Shown: positions 48,733-58,426, numbered from the stretch's first letter. The stretch is DNA of 64,000 nt from Pseudomonadota bacterium (GCA_018821985.1 JAHJKP010000040.1:29956-93955); one strand, 5' to 3'. The notes: generated by a model not told the origin, from the sequence alone. Translations and numbers: made by a program.

Positions 48733-50568
48733 ATGACAATATCTTCTCATAATTACGACGAAAGTAAGATTAAAACCCTCAGCTCTCTCGAGCATATCCG
48801 CAAGCGGCCAGGGATGTATATCGGCCGTCTTGGCACCGGAACTCACCCCGATGACGGTATCTATATCCTGCTCAAGGAGGTCGTTGACAATGCCGTTGAT
48901 GAATATATCATGGGGGCGGGTAAACGGGTCAATATCCATATCGGTGAAGAGGGGATGGTTACGATTCGCGACTTTGGCCGGGGTATTCCTCTGGGCAAGA
49001 TTGTTGACTGTGTCTCCACCATCAATACCGGTGCCAAGTATAATACCGAGGTGTTTCAGTTCTCCGTTGGCCTAAATGGGGTGGGCACCAAAGCGGTGAA
49101 CGCCATGTCGTCATACTTCAAGGTTACAGCCTTTCGCGATGGAAAGTTTGCCAGCGCGGTTTTCACCAAAGGAGAGCTGGTCAGTCAGGAGAAAGGCGAG
49201 AGCAACGAGGCGAACGGCACTTTGGTAGAATTTGTCCCGGACCGGGAGATGTTTCAGGATTTCACCTTTGATATTCGCTTCATCGAAGAGAGGTTGTGGC
49301 GGTATGCCTACCTTAATGCCGGGATGAAGGTGTATCTGGACAAGACTTGCTATTATTCCGCCAATGGCCTTCTTGATCTCCTGGCCAAGGAGCTGGATGA
49401 TCAGAATATATACGAGCCCATCTATTACCGTGATGCCACCCTGGAGTTTTGTTTTTCCCATACCGACGGCTACGGCGACACCTATTATTCCTTTGTCAAC
49501 GGTACCTATACGAGCGAGGGCGGCACCCATCTTTCCGCCTTCCGCGAGGGGATTCTCAAGGGTGTCAATGAGTTTTCCAAAAAAAGCTTTGTCGGCCAGG
49601 ATGTGCGGGACGGCATTGTCGGCACCCTGGCGATCAAGATCAAAGACCCTCTCTTTGAATCCCAGACCAAGAATAAACTGGGCAATGGCGATATCCGTTC
49701 CTGGATCGTGAACAAGGTGAAAGATGCGGTCTCCAGTGCCCTCTATAAAAATACCGAGACAGCGGACAGACTGCTGGAGAAGATTCAGCGCAATGAAAAG
49801 GTCAGGAAGGAGTTGCAGAGTGTCCGTCTGGAGGCCAAGGCCAAATCAAAAAAAGTAGCCTTCAAAATTCCCCAGCTGAAAGACTGCAAGCATCATCCCA
49901 CGCGCAAAAAACCATCGCCTGCAGGCAATGACAATATGGTCTTCATCACCGAAGGGCAGTCGGCAGCCGGCTCCATTGTCTCCTCTCGCGACCCGCTGAC
50001 CCAGGCGGTATTTTCCCTGAAAGGCAAGCCCATGAACGTCCTGGGACAGAAGCTGGCGCTGTTGTACAAGAATGAAGAGATGTACTCCCTGATGCGGGCT
50101 CTTGACATTGAAGAGTCCATTTCCAATCTGCGCTACGACAAGGTGATCCTGGCAACCGATGCCGATGTGGACGGGCTCCATATCCGCAATCTGCTCCTGA
50201 CCTTCTTTCTCCACTACTTTGAACCGCTGGTAAAGCTCGGTTTCGTCTATATTCTCGAGACCCCGCTCTTTCGGGTCCGCAACAAGAAAGAGACCTTTTA
50301 CTGCTACTCGGATAAGGAAAAAATCAGTGCCGTCAAAAAACTGCAAGGGACCAGCGCCAAGGCCGGCAATGTGGAGATGACCCGTTTCAAAGGACTGGGC
50401 GAGATCTCCCCCAAGGAGTTCAAGCAGTTCATCGGCCCTGATATACGGCTGCAACAGGTCAATATGGGGACGGTCAGCGAGGTGAGCAAGATCCTCTCCT
50501 TTTATATGGGTAAAAATACCCCGGAACGCAAGCAGTACATCATGGAGCATCTGGTGACCACGATTTAA
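48733..50568 (+). CDS. parE: type IIA topoisomerase B subunit, short form (ParE-like)
   Basis: GHKL ATPase (LEHIRKRPGMYIG, EVVDNAVDE, GLNGVG), Toprim (ITEGQSAAGS, DADVDG), 611 aa, no recognisable SD. Confidence 0.88.
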   Translation: MTISSHNYDESKIKTLSSLEHIRKRPGMYIGRLGTGTHPDDGIYILLKEVVDNAVDEYIMGAGKRVNIHIGEEGMVTIRDFGRGIPLGKIVDCVSTINTGAKYNTEVFQFSVGLNGVGTKAVNAMSSYFKVTAFRDGKFASAVFTKGELVSQEKGESNEANGTLVEFVPDREMFQDFTFDIRFIEERLWRYAYLNAGMKVYLDKTCYYSANGLLDLLAKELDDQNIYEPIYYRDATLEFCFSHTDGYGDTYYSFVNGTYTSEGGTHLSAFREGILKGVNEFSKKSFVGQDVRDGIVGTLAIKIKDPLFESQTKNKLGNGDIRSWIVNKVKDAVSSALYKNTETADRLLEKIQRNEKVRKELQSVRLEAKAKSKKVAFKIPQLKDCKHHPTRKKPSPAGNDNMVFITEGQSAAGSIVSSRDPLTQAVFSLKGKPMNVLGQKLALLYKNEEMYSLMRALDIEESISNLRYDKVILATDADVDGLHIRNLLLTFFLHYFEPLVKLGFVYILETPLFRVRNKKETFYCYSDKEKISAVKKLQGTSAKAGNVEMTRFKGLGEISPKEFKQFIGPDIRLQQVNMGTVSEVSKILSFYMGKNTPERKQYIMEHLVTTI

Positions 50569-50632
50569 TCGTGCTCTTTCAGTGTTGCGCTTTCAATCAT
50601 AACTGAATTTGTCATTTCCATACCCAAGAAAG

Positions 50633-50667
50633 AACTTTCAACTTTCAACTTTCAACTTTCAACTTTT
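50633..50667. repeat. tandem heptamer (AACTTTC)x4 plus AACTTTT
   Basis: Read directly from the sequence. The array ends 2 nt before the parC-like ATG. Confidence 0.95.
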
Positions 50668-50669
50668 CT

Positions 50670-52715
50670 ATGAACTCACAGTACGGAAGACTGCATAACC
50701 TCTTTGAAAAGAATTTTCTTGAGTACTCCTCCTATGTCATCAGGGAACGAGCAATTCCCGACATCCACGACGGCCTGAAGCCGGTCCAGCGCCGTATCCT
50801 TCAGACCCTGTTCAACATGGAGGACGGCCGCTTCCACAAGGTGGCCAATGTGGTGGGCGAGACCATGAAGCTCCATCCCCACGGGGATGCCTCCATCTTC
50901 TCCGCCCTGGTGAATCTGGCCAACAAGGAATACCTGATTGAACGGCAGGGGAATTTCGGCAATATCTATACCGGCGATCAGGCCTCGGCCGCCCGCTATA
51001 TCGAATGCCGCCTCACGCCCCTGGCCAAAGAGATCCTTTTTAACAAGGACCTGACCGAGTTCGTTGAGTCCTATGATAGCAGGATGATGGAGCCGGTAAC
51101 TCTACCGGCCAAGATTCCCCTGCTGCTGCTGCTCGGGGCGGATGGAATTGCGGTCGGCATGGCCACCAAGATCATGCCCCATAATTTCTGCGAACTCCTT
51201 GAGGCCCAGATCAAACTGCTGCGCAATGAAGAGATCACCCTCTATCCCGATTTCCAGAAGAAGGGGCTGGTGGATGTCTCCCATTATGATCATGGTAATG
51301 GCCGGATCCGCTGTCGGGCAAGGATTGAGGAGGCAAGCGAAAAGACCATTATTGTCAAGGACATTCCCCATGGGACAACCACCCAGTCATTGATCGAGTC
51401 CGTTGAGAAGGCGGCCAAGGCAGGGAAAATCAAGATCCTGTCCATCAATGATTATACGGCGGAAGATGTCGAGGTCGAGATCAATCTGGCCCGGGGGGTC
51501 TACGCCAAGGAGACCATTGAGGCCCTCTATGCCTTCACCGATTGCGAGGTTGCCATTACCCCCAATCTCACCCTGATCAAGGACAATACCCCGCTCACCT
51601 GCACTGTCGAAGAGGTGCTGGAACACAATACCCAGAAACTTGTCCATGATCTGACCAAGGAACTGGAGATTGACCTCGGAAGATTGCAGGAAAAACTGCA
51701 CGCCAGGCTTCTGGAGCAGATCTTTATCGAGGAACGGCTCTACAAACAGATCGAGGAAGAGACTAGCTACAAGGCCGTGATCCAGAGCGTTGCCGGTGCC
51801 TTGCAACCTTTCACCGCAGAGCTTCTTCGGCCAGTCACCAACGAGGATATAGAGCGCTTACTTGAGATTAAAATTAAGCGTATCTCCCGCTATGATATCA
51901 ATAAGCAGCAGAAGGAAATCAAGGAGATCCGTAGCGAGATCAAGAAAATCAGTCATCACCTCAAGGACATGGTCGGATACACTGTCTCCTTCCTTGGTGA
52001 CCTGCTGAAAAAATATGGCCATCTCTACCCGAGACAGACAGAACTATGCGAGTTTGAGGAGGTCAGCGTGCGCAGCGCGGCCCTCGCCAATCTGGTGGTC
52101 GGCTATCAGCGCGCCACTGGTTTTCTGGGCCATAACATCAAGGCTGAAGATGAAAAGCAGGATTTTACCCTGAACTGTTCCGAGTACGATCGGCTCCTGT
52201 TGATATTCAATGACGGCATGTACAAGGTGATCCCGGTGACTGACAAACTCTTTGTCGGCCATGAACTGGCCTGGATCGGGGTTGTCGAAGACGGCCTGAT
52301 CTTCAATGTCCTCTATCGGGACGGCCAGGAGAATCTGACCTATGCCAAGCGTTTTACCACCCCCAAGTTTATCCTGGATAAGGAGTATCGACTTTTCCCT
52401 GAAGATAAACGGTCACGGATCCTGCTGCTGCTAATGGGTGAGGGGACAAGCGCCCATGTCGGCCTTGCACCTTCTCCCCGCGCCAAGAGCAATACCATGG
52501 AGGTCTATTTTGATGATTATCTGCTCAAGAATCCAAGCGCCAAAGGGAAGCGGATCTCACCAAGGGTGGTGAGAAGGGTGACAGATTCCACCGGCAAGGC
52601 CGCTCCGAAACCTTTGAAGCAAAATATGAGCTTACTTGGTCTCGTAGGTGCGATCAAGGAGAGTGTACCTCATGGAGAAAATGAAGAGGAAGGAGAAGGC
52701 AAAGTTAAGGAATAA
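50670..52715 (+). CDS. parC: type IIA topoisomerase A subunit, short form (ParC-like)
   Basis: IPDIHDGLKPVQRRIL, HPHGD, catalytic Tyr in AARYIECRL, and a reduced C-terminal domain. 681 aa. Confidence 0.88.
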   Translation: MNSQYGRLHNLFEKNFLEYSSYVIRERAIPDIHDGLKPVQRRILQTLFNMEDGRFHKVANVVGETMKLHPHGDASIFSALVNLANKEYLIERQGNFGNIYTGDQASAARYIECRLTPLAKEILFNKDLTEFVESYDSRMMEPVTLPAKIPLLLLLGADGIAVGMATKIMPHNFCELLEAQIKLLRNEEITLYPDFQKKGLVDVSHYDHGNGRIRCRARIEEASEKTIIVKDIPHGTTTQSLIESVEKAAKAGKIKILSINDYTAEDVEVEINLARGVYAKETIEALYAFTDCEVAITPNLTLIKDNTPLTCTVEEVLEHNTQKLVHDLTKELEIDLGRLQEKLHARLLEQIFIEERLYKQIEEETSYKAVIQSVAGALQPFTAELLRPVTNEDIERLLEIKIKRISRYDINKQQKEIKEIRSEIKKISHHLKDMVGYTVSFLGDLLKKYGHLYPRQTELCEFEEVSVRSAALANLVVGYQRATGFLGHNIKAEDEKQDFTLNCSEYDRLLLIFNDGMYKVIPVTDKLFVGHELAWIGVVEDGLIFNVLYRDGQENLTYAKRFTTPKFILDKEYRLFPEDKRSRILLLLMGEGTSAHVGLAPSPRAKSNTMEVYFDDYLLKNPSAKGKRISPRVVRRVTDSTGKAAPKPLKQNMSLLGLVGAIKESVPHGENEEEGEGKVKE

Positions 52716-52786
52716 AAAAGATAAGGGAAGAGTGCGAGGGATTTGTATGGAAATTTTTCAACTCCCTTTGTCTCAGTGCCATCTTC

Positions 52787-52814
52787 TTGACAGCGCAAAA
52801 AATAAACTTAGAAT
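52787..52814 (+). promoter_or_regulatory. sigma-70-type promoter upstream of rubredoxin
   Basis: TTGACA, 16-nt spacer, TAGAAT. Confidence 0.45.
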
Positions 52815-52863
52815 TATTAAATAAATTTAAAACTGTTTATCTTTTCTCAAATGGAGGCGTGTC

Positions 52864-53022
52864 ATGCAAAAGTGGGAATGCCCTTGCGGCTATATTTACG
52901 ATCCTGAAGAAGGAGATTATGAGCACGGGGTGGACGCTGGTACCCCGTGGGAAGAAGTTCCTGAAACCTGGGTTTGTCCTAAATGCGGGGCAGCCAAAGA
53001 AGATTTTTTTGAAGCTGATTAA
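52864..53022 (+). CDS. rubredoxin (52 aa, absent from the supplied ORF track) with atypical CxC first knuckle
   Basis: GGAGG SD 6 nt upstream. Translation: [52 protein letters not shown]. The second knuckle CPKCG is canonical. The first is C-P-C-G-Y rather than CxxCGY. Confidence 0.8.
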   Translation: MQKWECPCGYIYDPEEGDYEHGVDAGTPWEEVPETWVCPKCGAAKEDFFEAD

Positions 53023-53742
53023 GTACAAGTGGAACTTGCACAGGATTGGAGTTATTGGTTCTGATTCTGTGTAAGATATTCTTTAATGTTTCAATATTAC
53101 AAGTATTAATTCAGATCTAAGCTGATTGATACCGGTTTTTCAGACGTACTTGTCCAATCAAGCCTGAACTTGATCTTTTTTAGGAATTCTAATCAAAAAG
53201 AGATTCTCTGGCCTTGAGGATGGCATAGTCTAGTATCTGATGCTCTTTGATGGTGGTCATCATGTCGATTTTGGCCATTGTCGTCTCCATTTTATAAGTG
53301 CCTTCCGTCTCGTCAAAGTCTTGTCTTGCCTTCCTTGTTGGCGATTCTTATTTTTTCACAGTGAATATCAAGCAGTTTAAGCAAGCGTATTGTGGCTGCA
53401 TTCGTAACCAGAATTTTTCCCGCTGCTACAGCCTTCAGAAATACCGTCGTAAACTTGTGTACATATTCAGTACATGCAATTGTTGGCAACTTTATATTGA
53501 TTACGAAAGGATTAATCCTGGCTGTCTTGTTGGGCTTTGTTCAAACTTTACTAAAAAATGCTATGCTTAGTGAGAAAGAAATGCATACATGGTTTGCACA
53601 TGATATTAATTCTCATCTTGACGGAGACTCTTTGCGTGATCACTGTAATAGCTAAACAAGTATGATATTCTCCTTTTCAAGTATCGCGGTTTCGATACCT
53701 GAAGATGAAGATGACGATAAAAAAATAAAGGAAGGAAATGAG

Positions 53743-54555
53743 ATGGGCGGAGCCAATATACCCTTGGAAGAACATAGAATTGTAGAAAAACCCTATTATT
53801 TGGCTCAGGGCAGTGAAGTAGAGATTGCTTGTGCTGCTTATCGCAACGGTCTGCCTCTACTCCTCAAGGGCCCTACCGGTTGCGGTAAGACCCGTTTTAT
53901 GCAGTATTTGGCCTGGAAGCTCGATCGACCCTTAATAACGGTTTCCTGCCATGATGATCTGTCCACCAGCGATCTTGTCGGCCGCTATCTGATCCGAGCC
54001 GGTGAGGCTGTCTGGATGGATGGTCCTTTAACCTTGGCGGTCAGGGCTGGGGCCATCTGCTATCTCGATGAGGTCGTTGAGGCGCGCAAGGACACAACCG
54101 TTGTCATTCATCCTCTGGCTGATGATCGCCGAGAGCTACCCATTGAGAAGCGAGGTGAACTATTGATTGCCCCGCCGGAGTTCATGCTGGCAGTTTCCTA
54201 CAACCCCGGCTATCAGAGTGTCCTTAAGGATCTCAAACCTTCGACCCGCCAGCGCTTTGTCGCTCTCAGTTTTAACTATCCAGAACTCGAGCAGGAGGTG
54301 GATATAGTCTGCCAGGAGGGTGGTTTAGAGCGAAATATTGCCCTCTCTTTGGTTAAATTGGCTATCATGACTCGAAATCTCAAAGATTCCGGATTGCCGG
54401 AAGGGGCCAGTACCCGGCTCCTTATTCAGGCCGGAAAACTGATTGGTGACGGAGTGGATATCCAGACCGCCTGTCGGGTCGCTGTCGTCGAGCCCCTCAG
54501 CGATGATCCGGAGATGCTTGCTGCCGTGGAAGACATGGTCGGATCACTTTTCTAA
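53743..54555 (+). CDS. cbbQ: CbbQ/NirQ/NorQ-family AAA+ (MoxR-class) ATPase
   Basis: EKPYYLAQGSEVEIACAAYRNGLPLLLKGPTGCGKTRF, ICYLDEVVEARKDTTVVIHPL, SYNPGYQS. These are near-consensus CbbQ blocks. Start at the Met after AGGAAGG. Confidence 0.9.
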   Translation: MGGANIPLEEHRIVEKPYYLAQGSEVEIACAAYRNGLPLLLKGPTGCGKTRFMQYLAWKLDRPLITVSCHDDLSTSDLVGRYLIRAGEAVWMDGPLTLAVRAGAICYLDEVVEARKDTTVVIHPLADDRRELPIEKRGELLIAPPEFMLAVSYNPGYQSVLKDLKPSTRQRFVALSFNYPELEQEVDIVCQEGGLERNIALSLVKLAIMTRNLKDSGLPEGASTRLLIQAGKLIGDGVDIQTACRVAVVEPLSDDPEMLAAVEDMVGSLF

Positions 54556-54698
54556 TTTTAATTCGTATTCAAGCCGGTACCTGCGTCGGCTACACCGCAG
54601 GCTGCCTGACAGTACTATTGGCCACAATGTCGAATAAGGTTTTACGTTTATAATTTAAGCAAGTTATGTGGTCTTATATGTAGAACTTTGTTGGATTA

Positions 54699-57008
54699 AT
54701 GATGAATTTTCCTGCCCTTAACAAGCAATTCTATCATCTGGTTGCCCCGGATATCCCCAATGACTGGGAGGTTGAGGAACTGTTGGAACCCTATATTGAC
54801 CAGAGCGATGAGGTGTGTCAGGAGGTCTTCAAATGCATTCCGGCGATCTGGCCGATCTCTAATTCCCTCTGCTGTGACTTCCTCCGGATCATTCCCGAGA
54901 CCTTGAGAATACTACCTCTTTCCCAGTTATCGAGCTGGGTGGGGGAGATTCTTGATCGCTACGAGCTTGATGGTCTGCGGGCGGCGCAACGTTTTATGCG
55001 GGATGTGGAAAGCGGTTACATGAACCGAAGCAACGCGGGAATGGTGCTTTTGGGGGAGGTGGAAGGCCGCCTTCTCACCTTTATCCGGGGAGTGGCAGGC
55101 CGGGATCTGTTGATTGCACCGGGCAACGCGGTTTTTACCGATACGGAAACCATCTTTCTGCCACCAGAACTGGCTGTCTTTTCTGCTTCTGCCGACAATA
55201 TCCTGCTCTACAAACTGATTCTTGCTTTCCAGTGGGCCTATATCGCCAATGGCACCTTCACCCTTCCTGACCCTATTGCTCAGGAACCAATGGTCGATTC
55301 CGAATCATCGCTGTGGTTGAACACCTTTTTTGCCTCCTTTCCTCAGCCTCTTTTTGCCCGTGATTGCTATTTTTTTCTAGAAACAGTTCGCGCCGCCCGG
55401 TTCCTGGAGCAGGCACTTCCCGGCCTGATGCGGGCCTGGGCCAAGCTGCCTTGTTTTATCCTCCCCGGGGTGGAGGATAAAAATATCAGCCCTCAGGCAG
55501 CTGTCCTCACTGATCTGCAGTTACGTTTTCTGAATGGATCCCTGCTCAAGGCGAGGCAGGAAGATCCCCTTCCGGTTCTCAGGGATTATTGGCGCAGGCT
55601 CTATGGCGAGGGGGTGAGTGGGATAGACACCGTCGCGGCGGTCAAGGCGATTTGTGCGGCCCATGCACCCCATGAGGCAGATGGGGAGGAGTACGAGGGA
55701 ATAACGCCTTTACTCTTTCAGGGAGAGATCCGTCTGTCCGCTGTGGAGGAGGTGCATCGTCAGCGCTTTCTGCGCCAGGGAGGGGAGTTGGTTCACAGTC
55801 TGGCCCTCCATCTCGCTTCCCTGCCCAAGGAGCAACTGGAGCAGTTGCTCCGCTCGGAGGAGGAGAAAGAGAACGGCACGACCGGGCTGGAATCGGATGT
55901 CACTATGATCATGGACAGTGAGTTTGCCGGGACCGCTGCTGAACCCCAGGCCCCGCTACTCATCACCATCAACAATGAGGAGGTCCGACTCAGCGAGGAG
56001 GTGGCGGAGCAGGTGAGACAGTTTCATGATGAATTTGGCCATCTTCCCGGTCGCTTTCTCAGCAGCGCCGTGGGCCGAGCCGGTGAGGGGCTGGCCCCGG
56101 ACGCCCATCCCGATCCGGAGCAGGGGGAGGAGTTACAGGCCCCGATCTGTTACGATGAATGGGATCATCGTCGTAAGGGATTTCGTAAGAACTGGTGTGT
56201 GGTCACGATCAAGGAACTCCCTGATCTGCGTTCCGGATTCATTCGTCAGACTCTGGGCAAGTATCACGGTGTGGTCAACCGTCTCCGCCATCAGTTTGAG
56301 ATGATGCGCACCAGTGATCGTTTTGCCCGGCGGCAGCGTGACGGTGACGATATTGATCTTGACGCCTTGGTGGAATCCTTGGCCGATGGCCGGGCCGGGC
56401 TGCCTTCATCGGACCGGCTCTTTATCAAATTGCTCAGAGATGAGCGCGATATCGCGGTGGTCTTCCTTGTAGATATGTCCAACTCCACTGCCGGCTGGGT
56501 GGGGAATGCCATCAAGGAGTCCCTGGTTTTGATGACCGAGGCCCTTGAGGTCCTGGGCGACCGTTACGCGATCTATGGTTTCTCGGGGATGCGGCGGACC
56601 CGCTGCGAGCTTTTTCGCATTAAGGAGTTCGGCGAGCCCTATGGTGAGAGGGTGCGGGAGAGGATCGGGGCTATTTCTCCCATGGAATATACCCGGATGG
56701 GACCGGCGATCCGCCATGCGACATCTCTCCTGGCGAAGACCGATGCCAGGGTTCGTCTGCTTATCACCCTTACCGACGGTAAACCCGAGGATTACGACGA
56801 CTACAAGGGGGAATACGCCATCGAAGACACCCGCCACGCCCTCCTGGAGGCCAAAATGGCCGGTGTCCATCCCTTCTGCATCACCATCGACCATCAGGCC
56901 CATGACTATATGGACCACCTCTATGGTCCGGTCAACTATATCTTTGTCAATGATGTCCGTAAACTGCCCCTGCGGATGCCGGAGATTTACCGGGTGCTGA
57001 CCACTTAG
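54699..57008 (+). CDS. cbbO: CbbO/NorD-like adaptor with C-terminal von Willebrand factor A domain
   Basis: 769 aa (CbbO-like size). C-terminal VWA with MIDAS FLVDMSNST, later LTDGKPED. Directly follows cbbQ. Confidence 0.85.
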   Translation: MMNFPALNKQFYHLVAPDIPNDWEVEELLEPYIDQSDEVCQEVFKCIPAIWPISNSLCCDFLRIIPETLRILPLSQLSSWVGEILDRYELDGLRAAQRFMRDVESGYMNRSNAGMVLLGEVEGRLLTFIRGVAGRDLLIAPGNAVFTDTETIFLPPELAVFSASADNILLYKLILAFQWAYIANGTFTLPDPIAQEPMVDSESSLWLNTFFASFPQPLFARDCYFFLETVRAARFLEQALPGLMRAWAKLPCFILPGVEDKNISPQAAVLTDLQLRFLNGSLLKARQEDPLPVLRDYWRRLYGEGVSGIDTVAAVKAICAAHAPHEADGEEYEGITPLLFQGEIRLSAVEEVHRQRFLRQGGELVHSLALHLASLPKEQLEQLLRSEEEKENGTTGLESDVTMIMDSEFAGTAAEPQAPLLITINNEEVRLSEEVAEQVRQFHDEFGHLPGRFLSSAVGRAGEGLAPDAHPDPEQGEELQAPICYDEWDHRRKGFRKNWCVVTIKELPDLRSGFIRQTLGKYHGVVNRLRHQFEMMRTSDRFARRQRDGDDIDLDALVESLADGRAGLPSSDRLFIKLLRDERDIAVVFLVDMSNSTAGWVGNAIKESLVLMTEALEVLGDRYAIYGFSGMRRTRCELFRIKEFGEPYGERVRERIGAISPMEYTRMGPAIRHATSLLAKTDARVRLLITLTDGKPEDYDDYKGEYAIEDTRHALLEAKMAGVHPFCITIDHQAHDYMDHLYGPVNYIFVNDVRKLPLRMPEIYRVLTT

Positions 57009-57160
57009 GGTGTCTGTCTGCCCACCAAAAAGATGCTCCTTGAATGGCTATCTTTTGGATTTTGTCTGACAATGACGCCTTTTGTCAAAGCTCGTCGGGG
57101 TTTATCTGCTGGTCGAGTGCAAAATAATCGACTCTGCATCACCATAAAATATGTGCAAAT

Positions 57161-58258
57161 TCAACACGCCTCTTTGAGTGTATCGACGTTGTTCCTGTCA
57201 GCAAATTCCTTGATATAGATATCCTGTTGCGGGTAAGGGATGGAGATCTTGTGTTCGGTAAAAGCGTTGTAGATTTCTTTGAGAAGGTTGTGGGTTGCAA
57301 GACCCTTCAGGCTCGGCTCATCGACCCAGCATAGAAGCTCGAAATCCACCGATGAGGAGCCGAAGCTGCGCAGACGGACGCGGGCCGCCGGTTCCTTGAT
57401 TACTGCCTTGTTTGCTGCCGCCACCATCAGCAGAATCTCCTCGACCTGATCAAGCACGCTGCCATAGGCCACGCCTACCGGTACCCGAATCCGGAAGCGG
57501 GGGATGGGGGCACTCTCGTTGATAATCTTAGAATTTGCCAGAATGGAGTTGGGTATAGTGATGAGCACGTCATCTCTGGTCTTGATGCGGGTTGAACGGA
57601 TGCCGATCTCCATGACCTCGCCTCGTTCGGCATTGTCGAGAATTATATAATCGCCAACGGTACAGGTTTTATCGGCAAAAATTGAGATACCTCCAAAAAA
57701 GTTGGACAGAGTATCCTTGGCGGCAAGGGCCACGGCGATACCAGCAATACCGGCTGAGGCGAAGAGGGGGGCCATGTTGACATGCCAGATGGAAAGAAGC
57801 CAGAGCAGGCTCATGATGATCATGATTACCCGAACCACATTCTTGAGCAGCATGAAGAGATCCTGGCCTATTTTGCCCCGGGAAATGGCGTCATGCATAT
57901 TGCTTTCCACAACCAGGCTAAAAAACTTCAAAATGGCAGTTATCCAGAATAAGAGAATGATGGTTTTGGCTGTGGCGGGCAGGACCTTCTCCCAGGGTGG
58001 TACTAGGTCGGGGGGCATGGTCAGGGCATGCAGAACTCCGACAAAAACGACCGTCACCAGCAGCGGAGTATGGAGTATGGGAACAATCTTGTCATCCAAG
58101 GTAAATTTAGTCTTGGCGGCGATTCTTACCAGAATCCTGATCACAAAAGTATCGACCAGTTTGGCCAACAGGGCATAGATCAGGATTACCACCAGGCGAT
58201 GCATGATTGGTATCGTATATAATTCTTTCAGATACTCGACCACCTCTTTTACATCCAT
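57161..58258 (-). CDS. MscS-family mechanosensitive channel
   Basis: Multiple TM helices followed by the MscS beta-domain pattern (VGDYIILDNAERGEVMEIGIRSTRIKTRDDVLITIPNS). Confidence 0.85.
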   Translation of the reverse strand: MDVKEVVEYLKELYTIPIMHRLVVILIYALLAKLVDTFVIRILVRIAAKTKFTLDDKIVPILHTPLLVTVVFVGVLHALTMPPDLVPPWEKVLPATAKTIILLFWITAILKFFSLVVESNMHDAISRGKIGQDLFMLLKNVVRVIMIIMSLLWLLSIWHVNMAPLFASAGIAGIAVALAAKDTLSNFFGGISIFADKTCTVGDYIILDNAERGEVMEIGIRSTRIKTRDDVLITIPNSILANSKIINESAPIPRFRIRVPVGVAYGSVLDQVEEILLMVAAANKAVIKEPAARVRLRSFGSSSVDFELLCWVDEPSLKGLATHNLLKEIYNAFTEHKISIPYPQQDIYIKEFADRNNVDTLKEAC

Positions 58259-58426
58259 TTAGTTATCCTTTATTGAATTTATTTAATACGTTAATTTACC
58301 CACTGTACTGGCTATTTGTCAGACATCTTCGCCCATAAGCTGACCGAACTTGTAGCTGAGTGGACAGGCAGGAGAAAAAAACTTTTTTCTTTCTTATCAT
58401 GATATCAAATGGCACATCAATATTTT

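Noticed and set aside
52787-53074. 95-aa ORF from the supplied track.
   Set aside because: A different frame of the same region encodes a textbook rubredoxin with a good SD and promoter. The 95-aa frame would begin inside the predicted -35 box and has no motif.
53483-53500. TTGGCAACTTTATATTGA as a sigma-54 (-24/-12) promoter for cbbQ.
   Set aside because: GG is present, but the position 10 nt downstream does not carry the GC of the -12 element.
53190-53655. Small ORFs in the rubredoxin-cbbQ spacer: a 33-aa minus-strand ORF METTMAKIDMMTTIKEHQILDYAILKARESLFD at 53190-53291, and the 87- and 90-aa plus-strand ORFs at 53392-53655 and 53298-53570.
   Set aside because: None has a convincing start context together with a motif. 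The plus-strand ORFs overlap each other in different frames. I cannot support any of them without conservation or expression data.
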